A stretch of DNA of 64,000 nucleotides from the NCBI GenBank assembly GCA_028699155.1, contig JAQVVD010000002.1, positions 25,773-89,772 of the forward strand, given 5' to 3'. The notes beneath the pieces were generated by a model that was not told where the DNA came from, made no database searches, and saw nothing but the letters and a program-made list of their open reading frames with translations. Source of the stretch: Candidatus Peribacteraceae bacterium. GTDB lineage: Bacteria; Patescibacteriota; Gracilibacteria; Peribacterales; Peribacteraceae. The position numbers were made by a program, and so were the translations under genes. This document shows, one piece after another, positions 38,090-47,549 of this stretch (within the stretch, counting starts at the first letter, position 1; every line of letters begins with the position of its first letter).

Positions 38090-38938
38090 TCATTGATGCC
38101 TTTCGCCTTGTACCCAGTACAATCCGCCGATCCCGCTTGCCAGTACGTTCATTGTGAACATCAGAATTGCGAGGGCCACGGCCAGGGGCGGGGGAATCGC
38201 GAATGGGCTGAGCAGTACTATCAGCGCCGCATCCCGGGTGCCCAACCCTGCAGGAGCGATAGGAAGCAGTGACAGGATCCCCGTTATTGTTATGGCAGCC
38301 ACCAAGGGTGGCCAGGGGATGCCTATTCCTATCGAGCGCGCCAGAAGCGCCGCCCAGAGCAGATAGCATGCCCATGCAACAATGGTAAGGGTTAACATGC
38401 TGAGCAGTATTTGCTTTCTGAACGTCGCAGTGAGGAGCGTCAGTGTTTTGAACAAGCGAATCAGCCGTTTTTTTATCAGGAATACGCCTGTAATAGAACC
38501 CATTCCCAGGCACAGGCATAGCAGAGCCCAATGCCATCCAAACAGTATGCCAATACCCACGCATCCCAGCAGTGCGATGACGAGGAAATCGGATAGGCGT
38601 TCAAGCAGCACCAGCGCAATTCCTGACCTTGCAGGCACGCCTATTTTTTTTAAGTACACAGCGCGCCCCAGTTCCCCGATTTTGCCGGGGGTTATCGTTC
38701 CCAGGAAAACACCGGTGCTAAAGAGCTTCCAGGATTCGAAAAGTGTTGGTTCCCTGCCCGTGCTCCGCACCAATATATGCCAGCGTATCGTCTTTAACAG
38801 ATAATTTGCTGCGAATGGAATAAGCGAAAGGAACAGAAGCGAGAGGTTCCCGTTCGATAAGTATCCCAACAGCGATGCCGTGTCTATATTCCAGAGTATC
38901 ACGGCGAAAAGCCCGACTCCGATGAGTTTTATAAGCAT
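38090..38938 (-). CDS. flippase-like membrane protein (lysyl-PG synthase TM-region / UPF0104-like)
   Basis: Trimmed to MLIKLIGVGLFAVILW (ATG 38938). Motif KTIRWHILV...TPGKIGELGRAVYLKK is typical of this family (from memory). Start uncertain; upstream in-frame Mets reach 39139. Confidence 0.55.
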   Translation of the reverse strand: MLIKLIGVGLFAVILWNIDTASLLGYLSNGNLSLLFLSLIPFAANYLLKTIRWHILVRSTGREPTLFESWKLFSTGVFLGTITPGKIGELGRAVYLKKIGVPARSGIALVLLERLSDFLVIALLGCVGIGILFGWHWALLCLCLGMGSITGVFLIKKRLIRLFKTLTLLTATFRKQILLSMLTLTIVAWACYLLWAALLARSIGIGIPWPPLVAAITITGILSLLPIAPAGLGTRDAALIVLLSPFAIPPPLAVALAILMFTMNVLASGIGGLYWVQGERHQ

Positions 38939-38975
38939 GTACAATGCGCGATTCTTTGTTTGTACCACGCGAACA

Positions 38976-40619
38976 ATGCTACACTTGGCGGCAATTGCTG
39001 TCATGCGATTCAAGCGGTTTCCAATTTGGGCCCACCTGGTACTGCTCTCCATTTTTTGCGTGGGCATGATCGGCATCTGGCTGATGCCGCTCTTCATCGC
39101 CGGGTTCCCGTATGAAATTTCCGGCTTCATCCCAACCATCCGGGAATTTGCGAGAACAGGATTGTCGCCGGTTGGGAACGGGAGAATCGTGGTTGCGCTC
39201 TGGTGGCTCCAATCCGTTTTCGGGTGGGAGAATATTCTGGGATGGAACGCAGTCAGCGCCGCATTTTTCGCCGCCGCGCTTTTCCCGTGGTGGTGGAGCG
39301 TTTACAGGTTGTTCGATGCCCGCTCTGCGTGGCTGTCCACCGTGATTCTCAGCCTCATGCCTGTCTTCTGGATCGAGGCGGTACGGTTGAGCGGATACAG
39401 CATGGCGCTCTTCTTCCTGTTCCTGGGTTTTGCACTCTTCATAGAGCTTCGTTCGCGCAATCGTCTCGCTGCAGCCGCGGCATTTGGCATCTGTTTCGGC
39501 GCCGTGCTTGTGAGCCGGGACGCGTTCCAGGCGTTTCTCCCCTGGCTCATAGTCGGCTATGCATGGTATGAACGCAAAAAATTCAAGAGCATGATCTTCG
39601 AGTTGGGAATTGCATGCGTATTGGCGTACACGGTCTTCACGCTTCCGTTGGTTTGCAATGTTGTGAACTCAGAAGGTCCGTTATCTGAGAGGTTCGCAGT
39701 ACTTCTTCCTTCGCTGGATCGCACTATGCCGGCGACAGGACATCTGTATCCGGATGCTTACACGTATGAATTCGACCGCGAATCTTTCGAAGAACTGACC
39801 AGGCAACGGGTGGAAGAGGCGTCTTTCCTGGTTCAGCAGGAAGACGCCAATGTGCGGAAGATGTTCGGCGTGAGCAACTGGGGATTTTTTGAGGCCATTA
39901 CGAACAGTGTCTGGCTCTTTCTCAACGCTATTCCAAGCCTCTTTCTCATGGACACGGTTGGCGGCGTTTTCCTGTGGCTCTTCATTCTTCCGGGCATAGG
40001 GTACGTATTTACTCACAACAGGAAGCTCTTCTCCATGCAGTTGGGACTGTTCCTTTCCATGGAGTTTCTCTTTCGATTCGTTCTCCACTATCACAGGACG
40101 CACCTGATGGATTTCGGTTGGATGCTGGCGCTGTTCGCCGGTCTGGGGATTGTTTCTGTCAGTACGGTGCTCGCCCAGTCATGGAAGAAAGTTTCTGTCA
40201 CAACACTTTCCGCCATTATAGTCGTTCTGCTTGCCGGGCAGCTTTTACAGGCGAATCGAAAACAGTTTGCGCGCATGTATGCGGAGACCGATGATTACCT
40301 GGCTTTTGCCGCCTCTGCGGCTGTGGAAGCTCTGCCGGACGATAGCGTGGTAGCGTACCCCCGCATTCCAAAGCTGCTCTACTTTACCGATAGAGCGCAT
40401 TTCATACTGCACGACGATACGATCGATCGCCTGAGCGGGCAGGGGAGGCTCCGCGATCCATTCAGGCACTACGGAGTCACGCATATCATCGGTTATTCCG
40501 ATGAGCGCGCGGCATTGATACAAGATGCCGTACCCGGCATCCAGGTCGTCTCTTTCGCAGAGGAAAATCCGGTTGTCGTTACGCCTTTTGTACGATTGCT
40601 GCTCCATACCATCCGCTGA
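38976..40619 (+). CDS. GT-C fold membrane glycosyltransferase (ArnT/PMT, GT39/83-like)
   Basis: Trimmed to ATG 38976. About 10 or more TM helices followed by a soluble C-terminal domain. N-terminal region resembles the PMT_2-type arrangement. Confidence 0.55.
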   Translation: MLHLAAIAVMRFKRFPIWAHLVLLSIFCVGMIGIWLMPLFIAGFPYEISGFIPTIREFARTGLSPVGNGRIVVALWWLQSVFGWENILGWNAVSAAFFAAALFPWWWSVYRLFDARSAWLSTVILSLMPVFWIEAVRLSGYSMALFFLFLGFALFIELRSRNRLAAAAAFGICFGAVLVSRDAFQAFLPWLIVGYAWYERKKFKSMIFELGIACVLAYTVFTLPLVCNVVNSEGPLSERFAVLLPSLDRTMPATGHLYPDAYTYEFDRESFEELTRQRVEEASFLVQQEDANVRKMFGVSNWGFFEAITNSVWLFLNAIPSLFLMDTVGGVFLWLFILPGIGYVFTHNRKLFSMQLGLFLSMEFLFRFVLHYHRTHLMDFGWMLALFAGLGIVSVSTVLAQSWKKVSVTTLSAIIVVLLAGQLLQANRKQFARMYAETDDYLAFAASAAVEALPDDSVVAYPRIPKLLYFTDRAHFILHDDTIDRLSGQGRLRDPFRHYGVTHIIGYSDERAALIQDAVPGIQVVSFAEENPVVVTPFVRLLLHTIR

Positions 40620-40685
40620 TTGCCGGAACTCCCGCCGCGTCTTCTTGTGGCGCGTGCCCCCTTCCGCTAGCGTTTTAGCGCACTC

Positions 40686-42500
40686 ATGCGCACGAAAGAG
40701 CAATCCATCTACGGTAAGATGCTTTATCTGCTCCGGCAGATTCACATTCATCCGGCATATCTGCTGATTCCCATAAGCCTCTCCATTGTTTCAGCATTAC
40801 TGGAGGGCGTCGGCATCGGTTTGCTGATACCCATTCTCAACGGATTCCTGCAGCAAAATTTCGCGTTTCTTCTGGAAATGCCTGTGATCGGCGGAGTTTT
40901 CCAGCGACTTCCCGAGCCGATTCTGGCCAATGACAAGATGCTGTTTGGAATCCTACTAACGGGATTCATCAGCCTCTACATCGCCAAAAACATCTTCAAG
41001 TATTTCTCCATTGTGTGCATTCGTTATTTTTCTCAACGTACGCTGCACCATCTGCGCAAGACGCTCTTCGCGAAGTACTTAAGTTTCGGGAAACTCTTTT
41101 TCGATCGTACGAATATCGGGCATCACAGTACGCTCCTGCTCGAGTTTTCCAGCATAGCGCTGCGGCCGATCTTCATGCTGGACAAGCTGGTTTCAGCCGT
41201 GTTTTCCATGCTGGCGTATCTGGCGGTCATGTTCTTTATTTCCTGGCGGCTCACTCTTATCGCGCTTCCGTTATTCCTGGTTTTGCACCTGATTGTGCGT
41301 ACGCTCGTCTGCAGGATAAAGGATTTGTCGCGCGCCCTTGCGGAACAGGGGAATGAGCTTGGGAAGAAATCCGTGGAAATTCTGGCCACTATTCCCCTCA
41401 TTAAATCCAGCCGCACAGAGCACAGGGAGCAGGAGCTCTACACGCAGATCAGCGACAGGAAGGCGCGTCTGGATTTTCGCGTGGAAATTCTCACGGCGCT
41501 CATTCTGCCCTTGCAGGAAATAATCACTGTCCTCGTCGCTGCCGGGGTTTTTGTGGGCGCTTTGGCCTGGTTTGGGCGCGCAAGTATCGGCACGGCGCCG
41601 ATGCTCATTGTGTATGCCTACATTATCTTCAATGCTTCCAATAAGTTCGGCGCGATCTCCGGTTTTCGCGGTACTATGGCCGGAGCGTACGGACCGCTCG
41701 ACAAGGTGCTCGCGATTTTTAACGACACATCCAAGTTTTTCGTGAGAGGCGGAAGCAAGGAATTCAAAGGGCTGCAAGATGCCATTACATTCAAAAACCT
41801 CTCCTTCTCGTACACGGAAGGGCAGGACGTGCTCCACAATCTCTCTTTCAGGATTACGAGGGGTGAAATGACGGCAATCGTCGGTCCCACCGGCGCGGGG
41901 AAGAGCACGCTTATTAACCTTCTGATGCGGTATTACGATTGCCCGGAGAAAAGCATCTTCATAGACCAGACTGATATACGCGAATTCTCCCTGGATTCCT
42001 ACATCCAGCGCGTGGCATTGGTAAGCCAGGACACTCTGCTGCTGCACGATACGTTACGCAGCAATATTGCGTACGGCCTCGCACACGTTTCTGAGGAGGA
42101 TATGCGGCGCGCCGTAGAACGTGCGCGTCTTTCCGAATTCGTAGCCGGTTTGCCGGAAGGCCTGCAAACACTCATAGGCGATCGAGGCGTCCGCTTGAGC
42201 GGAGGAGAGAAGCAGCGCGTTTCCATTGCGCGCGCTCTGCTCAAGGAAGCGGAAATTTTGATTTTAGACGAGGCGACCAGTTCCCTTGACAGCCATACGG
42301 AACGATTGATTCAAGAGGCGATTGATGAGGCGACAAAAGACCGTACCTCCATTGTTATTGCGCATCGATTGAGCACCATTCAGCACGCAGACACGATTCT
42401 TGTCATACAGAACGGCAGACTCGTGGAGGAGGGGGGAGTGCAGGAGTTGCTGGATCGCAAAGGGATATTTTTTGAACTGTGGGAAGAGCAGAAGTTCTAA
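40686..42500 (+). CDS. ABC exporter, fused TMD-NBD (MsbA-like)
   Basis: Six-helix TMD, then GPTGAGKSTL, LSGGEKQRVSIARAL, ILILDEATSSLD. Confidence 0.85.
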   Translation: MRTKEQSIYGKMLYLLRQIHIHPAYLLIPISLSIVSALLEGVGIGLLIPILNGFLQQNFAFLLEMPVIGGVFQRLPEPILANDKMLFGILLTGFISLYIAKNIFKYFSIVCIRYFSQRTLHHLRKTLFAKYLSFGKLFFDRTNIGHHSTLLLEFSSIALRPIFMLDKLVSAVFSMLAYLAVMFFISWRLTLIALPLFLVLHLIVRTLVCRIKDLSRALAEQGNELGKKSVEILATIPLIKSSRTEHREQELYTQISDRKARLDFRVEILTALILPLQEIITVLVAAGVFVGALAWFGRASIGTAPMLIVYAYIIFNASNKFGAISGFRGTMAGAYGPLDKVLAIFNDTSKFFVRGGSKEFKGLQDAITFKNLSFSYTEGQDVLHNLSFRITRGEMTAIVGPTGAGKSTLINLLMRYYDCPEKSIFIDQTDIREFSLDSYIQRVALVSQDTLLLHDTLRSNIAYGLAHVSEEDMRRAVERARLSEFVAGLPEGLQTLIGDRGVRLSGGEKQRVSIARALLKEAEILILDEATSSLDSHTERLIQEAIDEATKDRTSIVIAHRLSTIQHADTILVIQNGRLVEEGGVQELLDRKGIFFELWEEQKF

Positions 42501-43321
42501 TGCCTGGCCCGCAGCCGATACACGCCCACTGCTCCACCGTGTTTTTCCGTTCCCTGAAACGGAACCACGCATGTTTGCAGCCAGGCAAGGAATTCATCAA
42601 TTTGCGCCTGAGAGGTTGCCATCTTCGCGTCACGCACAACGTTGGGGAGTCTCCTTTTGAAATCCTCCACCATTTTCGTTCCCTGTCCCCATTCGTGATC
42701 AACGGTGAACCAGTCGAGTTCCATCCCGAGATCATCCGCCCACGCATCAAAGTTCTTTGGCGTGAGATAATGTATATCTGCCAATGTTATGGGGGCATGG
42801 AACATATGCCACAATGTTTGCAGAATGTACCCGCGCGGATTCAACCAATTAGGGCACGTCAGTACCAATTCCCCCTCAGGTTTCATCATCCCCTTCATCC
42901 GCTTGAGCGCATCGAGCGGGTCATCCATATGCTCCAGTGTTCCCAATGAAATAATAATATCGAATTCCCCCTCCATTTCCCGTAGCTGTCTGGATTGGAA
43001 TAAAAGGTTTTTCGCTTCATGTTTCTTCTGTGCTTCCGCGATCGCTTCTTTCGAGTAATCGATCCCCACTACGTTTTTTGCGCCCATTTCTGCGATATAG
43101 GAGCACATATCCCCTGTTCCACATCCCACATCCAATACATCTTTTCCCTTCCAATCCAGCAGTTCCAGCACCGCTCTGAATTCTTCCGGCATGTCCTGTG
43201 TCTGCAGCCGAAACTGAGTGTAGTGCGATCGTTCGCCTTTCCTGTACACCGAATCATAGAATTCCCTGAGTTGCACATTTTTTTTCATAGCTCCACTATC
43301 ACTGGTTCCTCCCAGATTCAC
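42497..43321 (-). CDS. class I SAM-dependent methyltransferase
   Basis: VLDVGCGTGDMCSYIAEMG motif I. 4-nt convergent overlap with the ABC gene. Confidence 0.75.
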   Translation of the reverse strand: MNLGGTSDSGAMKKNVQLREFYDSVYRKGERSHYTQFRLQTQDMPEEFRAVLELLDWKGKDVLDVGCGTGDMCSYIAEMGAKNVVGIDYSKEAIAEAQKKHEAKNLLFQSRQLREMEGEFDIIISLGTLEHMDDPLDALKRMKGMMKPEGELVLTCPNWLNPRGYILQTLWHMFHAPITLADIHYLTPKNFDAWADDLGMELDWFTVDHEWGQGTKMVEDFKRRLPNVVRDAKMATSQAQIDEFLAWLQTCVVPFQGTEKHGGAVGVYRLRARH

Positions 43322-43350
43322 AATATATATACGCGCACTTTCTGCATGTA

Positions 43351-44451
43351 ATGCACGCGAAAAAGCCCCGAAAAAGCATGCGTTTCTGTACAGAGTTGCG
43401 ATACTATTGCCTCATAGTAAAGATTATTGCCATCATTCCGGCAAGATCCGGTTCGAAAGCCATTCCTCATAAGAATATACAGCTTTTTGCGGGCAAGCCT
43501 CTCATGGCGCATTCCATCGAGCAGGCGCTTCGGAGCAAGCTGATCGAACGCGTGATTGTGAGTACCGATAGCCAGGAGTACGCAGCAATTGCGCGTGAAG
43601 CAGGCGCAGAGGTTCCATTCCTTCGGCCTGCCGAACTCTCCACAGATCACTCTACCGATTTGGAGGCCTTCACCCATGCGCTTACGTGGTTGCAGGAGCA
43701 CGAGGGGGCGGCGCCTGACATCTGCGTCCACCTGCGCCCGACTCATCCCAATCGGCGCGTAGCAGACATCGATGCCGCTATCCAAGTTCTTCTGGATCAT
43801 CCCGAATTCGATTCTGTTCGCAGCGTTGCTCCTGCGCGCCAGACGCCATTTAAAATGTGGATGATGCAGGATGATCATGCCATTATCCCTGCTATTCAAT
43901 CCGGGCTGAAAGACGCATACAACCTGCCGCGACAAATGCTCCCCAAGGCCTACGTGCAGAATGCCTGCATCGATGTCGTCCGTTCTGCGGTTATCCTCCA
44001 AAAAGGATCCATGACAGGCGACAGGATCTACGGGTATGCGATGGAGGAGGATTTTGACATTGATACGCCCGACGAGTTGAAGCGCGCGGAGCAGGCGTTG
44101 CTTGCCGCCAGGATTCAGCAGCCGATTCAGCCTGGCGAGACGCGCACATTCTGTTTCGATATTGATGGCGTGATTGCCGGTCTGGTCTCCGGCAATGATT
44201 ACGCGCTCTCTCAGCCGCAGCAGGAAATGGTTGCGCTCATTCAGCATCTGCATAGCGAAGGGCATCGCATCATTCTGCATACTGCACGCGGCTCCATGAC
44301 AGGGAAGGATTGGCGCGAAGTGACCGAAAGACAGCTGAAAGAGTGGGGAGTCCCCTATGAAGAACTGCACTTTGGCAAACCTGCGGCAGACGTGTACGTT
44401 GATGATCGCGCATGGAATCCGGTTGCTTCTGTTTCCCCGTTGTCACAATGA
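43351..44451 (+). CDS. CMP-ulosonic/nonulosonic acid synthetase (acylneuraminate cytidylyltransferase family) fused to a small HAD phosphatase domain
   Basis: IAIIPARSGSKAIPHKNI N-terminal domain. C-terminal ~105 aa carries HAD motifs FDIDGVI, HTARG, GKP...VYVDDRA (from about 44140). Start may be the second Met (43378). Confidence 0.75.
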   Translation: MHAKKPRKSMRFCTELRYYCLIVKIIAIIPARSGSKAIPHKNIQLFAGKPLMAHSIEQALRSKLIERVIVSTDSQEYAAIAREAGAEVPFLRPAELSTDHSTDLEAFTHALTWLQEHEGAAPDICVHLRPTHPNRRVADIDAAIQVLLDHPEFDSVRSVAPARQTPFKMWMMQDDHAIIPAIQSGLKDAYNLPRQMLPKAYVQNACIDVVRSAVILQKGSMTGDRIYGYAMEEDFDIDTPDELKRAEQALLAARIQQPIQPGETRTFCFDIDGVIAGLVSGNDYALSQPQQEMVALIQHLHSEGHRIILHTARGSMTGKDWREVTERQLKEWGVPYEELHFGKPAADVYVDDRAWNPVASVSPLSQ

Positions 44452-45941
44452 GCGAGTACTTCCACAAATTGTTCATCTTCGAGATGGCCAACAACCACCA
44501 GGGCAGCGTGGAACACGGCAAACGCATCATTGATGCCATGGCGGATATCGCGAAGAAGCATTCCATTCGTGCGGGTATCAAGTTCCAGTTCCGGGATCTT
44601 GATACATTCATCCATCCTCGTTTTCGCAACGATACGAATGCCAAGCACATCAGCCGGTTCCTCGGCACCAGGCTCTCCAGGGAGCAATTCCAGGAAATGA
44701 TTGCCTATGCACGCAGCAGAGGATTGCTGGCCATTTCCACCCCGTTTGATGAGGCGTCTGTTGACCAGTGCACCGAGCAGGATATAGACATCATCAAAGT
44801 TGCCAGCTGCAGCGCCATGGATTGGCCGCTTTTGGATGCGGTTTCACGCTCCGGCAAACCGGTCATCATTTCCACGGCCGGCGTACAGTTTTCTGACATC
44901 GATAAAATCGTCAGCTTCTTCTCCCATCGCGGAGTGACCTTTGCAGTTCTGCACTGCGTTGGCATGTATCCTGCGCCCGATACAGAGCTGAATCTGGATA
45001 TCATCCCGCGCATGATCAAGCGGTACCCTGCTATCCCCATTGGGTACTCCGGGCATGAAGCGCCGGATAATACGCATGTCGCCATTGCGGCAGTGAGCAA
45101 AGGCGCAATGCTCCTCGAGCGCCATGTAGGCGTTCCTACAGATGGCGCGACGCTCAATGCGTACTCCATGAATCCGCAGCAGACGGATGCATGGGTGCAG
45201 GCTGCAAAACTTGCGTGGGAGATGGCAGGCTCGAACGAGAAAATTGTTCCTGGCGGAGAGGCGGCTTCCCTCCGATCACTGATGCGCGGCACGTATGCGC
45301 GCACAGCCATCAAAGCCGGACAGGTTCTCCGTCCGGAGGACGTATACTTCGCAATGCCCGTACAAGAGGGACAGCTTACGAGCGGGGAATTCGGCGGGTA
45401 TCGAGCCGTCTTTGCCGCATCTCGCGACTATGCGCCGGATGAGCCGATCTACGAAGTACAGAAGGAAGATCCGGTCCTCCTGGCACGGGAAGTCATCCAT
45501 CAAGCGCAAGGAATGCTCAATGAAGCAGGTATTCATGTGGGAGATGATTCTACGATCGAACTCTCGCACCACTATGGCATGGAACGTTTCCGTGAAGTCG
45601 GCGCCGTCATTGTGAACATCATCAACCGCGAATACTGCAAGAAGCTCATCATCATGCTGCCCGGACAGCGCCATCCGCTCCATCAGCATGAGCGCAAGGA
45701 AGAGACATTTGAGCTCCTCTCCGGCGATCTGGAAGTGCAGTTGGACGGTGCTATCACGCGCATGATTCCGGGAGATCGTCTGCTTGTAAAACGTAATTCT
45801 TCCCATAGCTTCTTCACGAAAGAGGGTGCGATATTCGAGGAAATATCCACAACCCACTACAAGGGAGATTCGTTCTACGAAGACAAGGAAATCAGTGCGC
45901 TTGACCCCATGCAGCGCAAGACAGTTGTTGCCAGCTTCTAG
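44448..45941 (+). CDS. NeuB-family PEP-condensing synthase fused to SAF and C-terminal cupin domain
   Basis: Trimmed to ATG 44448 (ATGA overlap with the upstream stop). EMANNHQGSVEHG, IKFQ, IIKVASC, GYSGHE for the NeuB TIM barrel. SAF-like segment around residue 280-335. Cupin GQRHPLHQHERKEETFELLSG around 45600-45857. Confidence 0.75.
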   Translation: MSEYFHKLFIFEMANNHQGSVEHGKRIIDAMADIAKKHSIRAGIKFQFRDLDTFIHPRFRNDTNAKHISRFLGTRLSREQFQEMIAYARSRGLLAISTPFDEASVDQCTEQDIDIIKVASCSAMDWPLLDAVSRSGKPVIISTAGVQFSDIDKIVSFFSHRGVTFAVLHCVGMYPAPDTELNLDIIPRMIKRYPAIPIGYSGHEAPDNTHVAIAAVSKGAMLLERHVGVPTDGATLNAYSMNPQQTDAWVQAAKLAWEMAGSNEKIVPGGEAASLRSLMRGTYARTAIKAGQVLRPEDVYFAMPVQEGQLTSGEFGGYRAVFAASRDYAPDEPIYEVQKEDPVLLAREVIHQAQGMLNEAGIHVGDDSTIELSHHYGMERFREVGAVIVNIINREYCKKLIIMLPGQRHPLHQHERKEETFELLSGDLEVQLDGAITRMIPGDRLLVKRNSSHSFFTKEGAIFEEISTTHYKGDSFYEDKEISALDPMQRKTVVASF

Positions 45942-45992
45942 TGAAACAGTCTTCCTTTCTCCTCGTTCTGCTTCATATTTACTGATAAGCTC

Positions 45993-47507
45993 GTGCCGTT
46001 TCCTATGGATCAATCTGCATCCAATCCTCCGATACGAGCTATTGCCGGGAGGTTCTCCTTCCGTTTTTCCAAGCAGGCGCTTTCACGCGTGTTCAAGCAC
46101 CGTCCTTTTGAATACTGCGCCCTGATTTCCAAGGGCAAGGAGCCGGATTTTTTTGCTGAAATTCCCTTGGAGAACCAGGAGTGGTTTGATTCCGGCGAGG
46201 TGCGCGGCTGCAAATATGCCGGGGTTGATTGGAATGCGCTTGCGCCTTTGGATGCCACGCTCATTGAGCGCATGCGCGAGTGCGAATGTATGTTCATGGA
46301 TGTCATCGCCCGACTGGAGTGGAAGCGCAGCATACCGTATGCAACCCGCAAGCGCTGGTATCTGCAGCACCTCCGTTTCTGGAATGATTACCTTTCCCGG
46401 CATCGCATCAATCTGTATCTCTCCGCATGGATGCCGCACGAGCTCCCGGATCTCATCATTTACTATTTGTGCAAGGCAAGGAGCATTCCTGTCCTATACT
46501 TTGACGCCTCTGCTGTGCGAGACACATCTTTTGCCGAACACGATATCAAGCAGTCATCCATCCAGATTCGCCAACGCTACGAGGAGCTTGCAGCGGAGTA
46601 TGCCGATGTAACTGACCCAAAAGACATACCCCTGAGTGACCGGTTTGAACAGCGGTACCAGGCGCTCACTGCCCCAATGGGAGAAGAGCCTCCGCTTGAG
46701 AACGTTTGGAATACCACCTATTTCGACCATGTTCGAAAGCTGCTGATTGAGAAGCCGCTGTTTTTCTGCAAGTGCGCCCTGCAGTATGTAACTCCCAGGG
46801 GCATTGCCAGGGCGCGCAGCACATGGCGACGGAAGAGAATTATTGAGGAACGCAATGCATTCTACGAGGCGCATGCCGTAACGCCCGATTTATCCAAACC
46901 GTTTGTGTACATGACGCTGCATTACCAGCCGGAGGCATCTACTATTCCGATGGCCGGCGCATATCGGGAGCAATTGCTTATTGCGCAGACGCTGAATGCC
47001 TGCCTGCCTGATGGCGTGATCATTTACGTAAAAGAGCACCCCCGCAATAGTGGCTGGCTGCAGCGGAGCATTGCGTACTATGAGGATTTTCTGGCGCTCG
47101 AAAAAGTGCGTTTTGTGCCCCGCTCATTCGATACATTCACACTCCGCGAACATTGCATGGCGGTTGCCACGGCAACCGGCACTATCGGGTTCGAGGCGCT
47201 TTTTCGCGGCAAGCCCACGCTCATGTTCGGCCATAGGTTCTATCAGTACGCGCCGGGCGTCTATCAAATCCATTCCATGGATGACTGCAGGCGCGCCGTA
47301 CACGATATTTTCGTTGAGAAGAAAGCACCCACGCTCAAAGAGGCGCGCTTGTTCATGAAAGCAATGGATGACACATGCATACATGGCACGCTGAATATCT
47401 GGCATCTCAAAGTCTCACACTTATCAGATGAGGAGCATATGCAAGCCAATGCGGAGGCGATGCTACACGAGCTTTCCCTGCTTGCTCCGGCGATAGCAGC
47501 CGTGTAA
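45993..47507 (+). CDS. KpsS/KpsC-like (Capsule_synth-type) putative CMP-sugar ulosonic-acid transferase, paralog 1
   Basis: LHYQPEAST...YVKEHPRN...VATATGTIGFEALFRGKP. Family assignment is from memory of the LQxxxD / HP motif pattern. Start may be ATG 46005. Confidence 0.5.
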   Translation: MPFPMDQSASNPPIRAIAGRFSFRFSKQALSRVFKHRPFEYCALISKGKEPDFFAEIPLENQEWFDSGEVRGCKYAGVDWNALAPLDATLIERMRECECMFMDVIARLEWKRSIPYATRKRWYLQHLRFWNDYLSRHRINLYLSAWMPHELPDLIIYYLCKARSIPVLYFDASAVRDTSFAEHDIKQSSIQIRQRYEELAAEYADVTDPKDIPLSDRFEQRYQALTAPMGEEPPLENVWNTTYFDHVRKLLIEKPLFFCKCALQYVTPRGIARARSTWRRKRIIEERNAFYEAHAVTPDLSKPFVYMTLHYQPEASTIPMAGAYREQLLIAQTLNACLPDGVIIYVKEHPRNSGWLQRSIAYYEDFLALEKVRFVPRSFDTFTLREHCMAVATATGTIGFEALFRGKPTLMFGHRFYQYAPGVYQIHSMDDCRRAVHDIFVEKKAPTLKEARLFMKAMDDTCIHGTLNIWHLKVSHLSDEEHMQANAEAMLHELSLLAPAIAAV

Positions 47508-47549
47508 TACGCTCAAATCGGTTCGGTGCTTCCGTAAGGTTCCAGTAAG

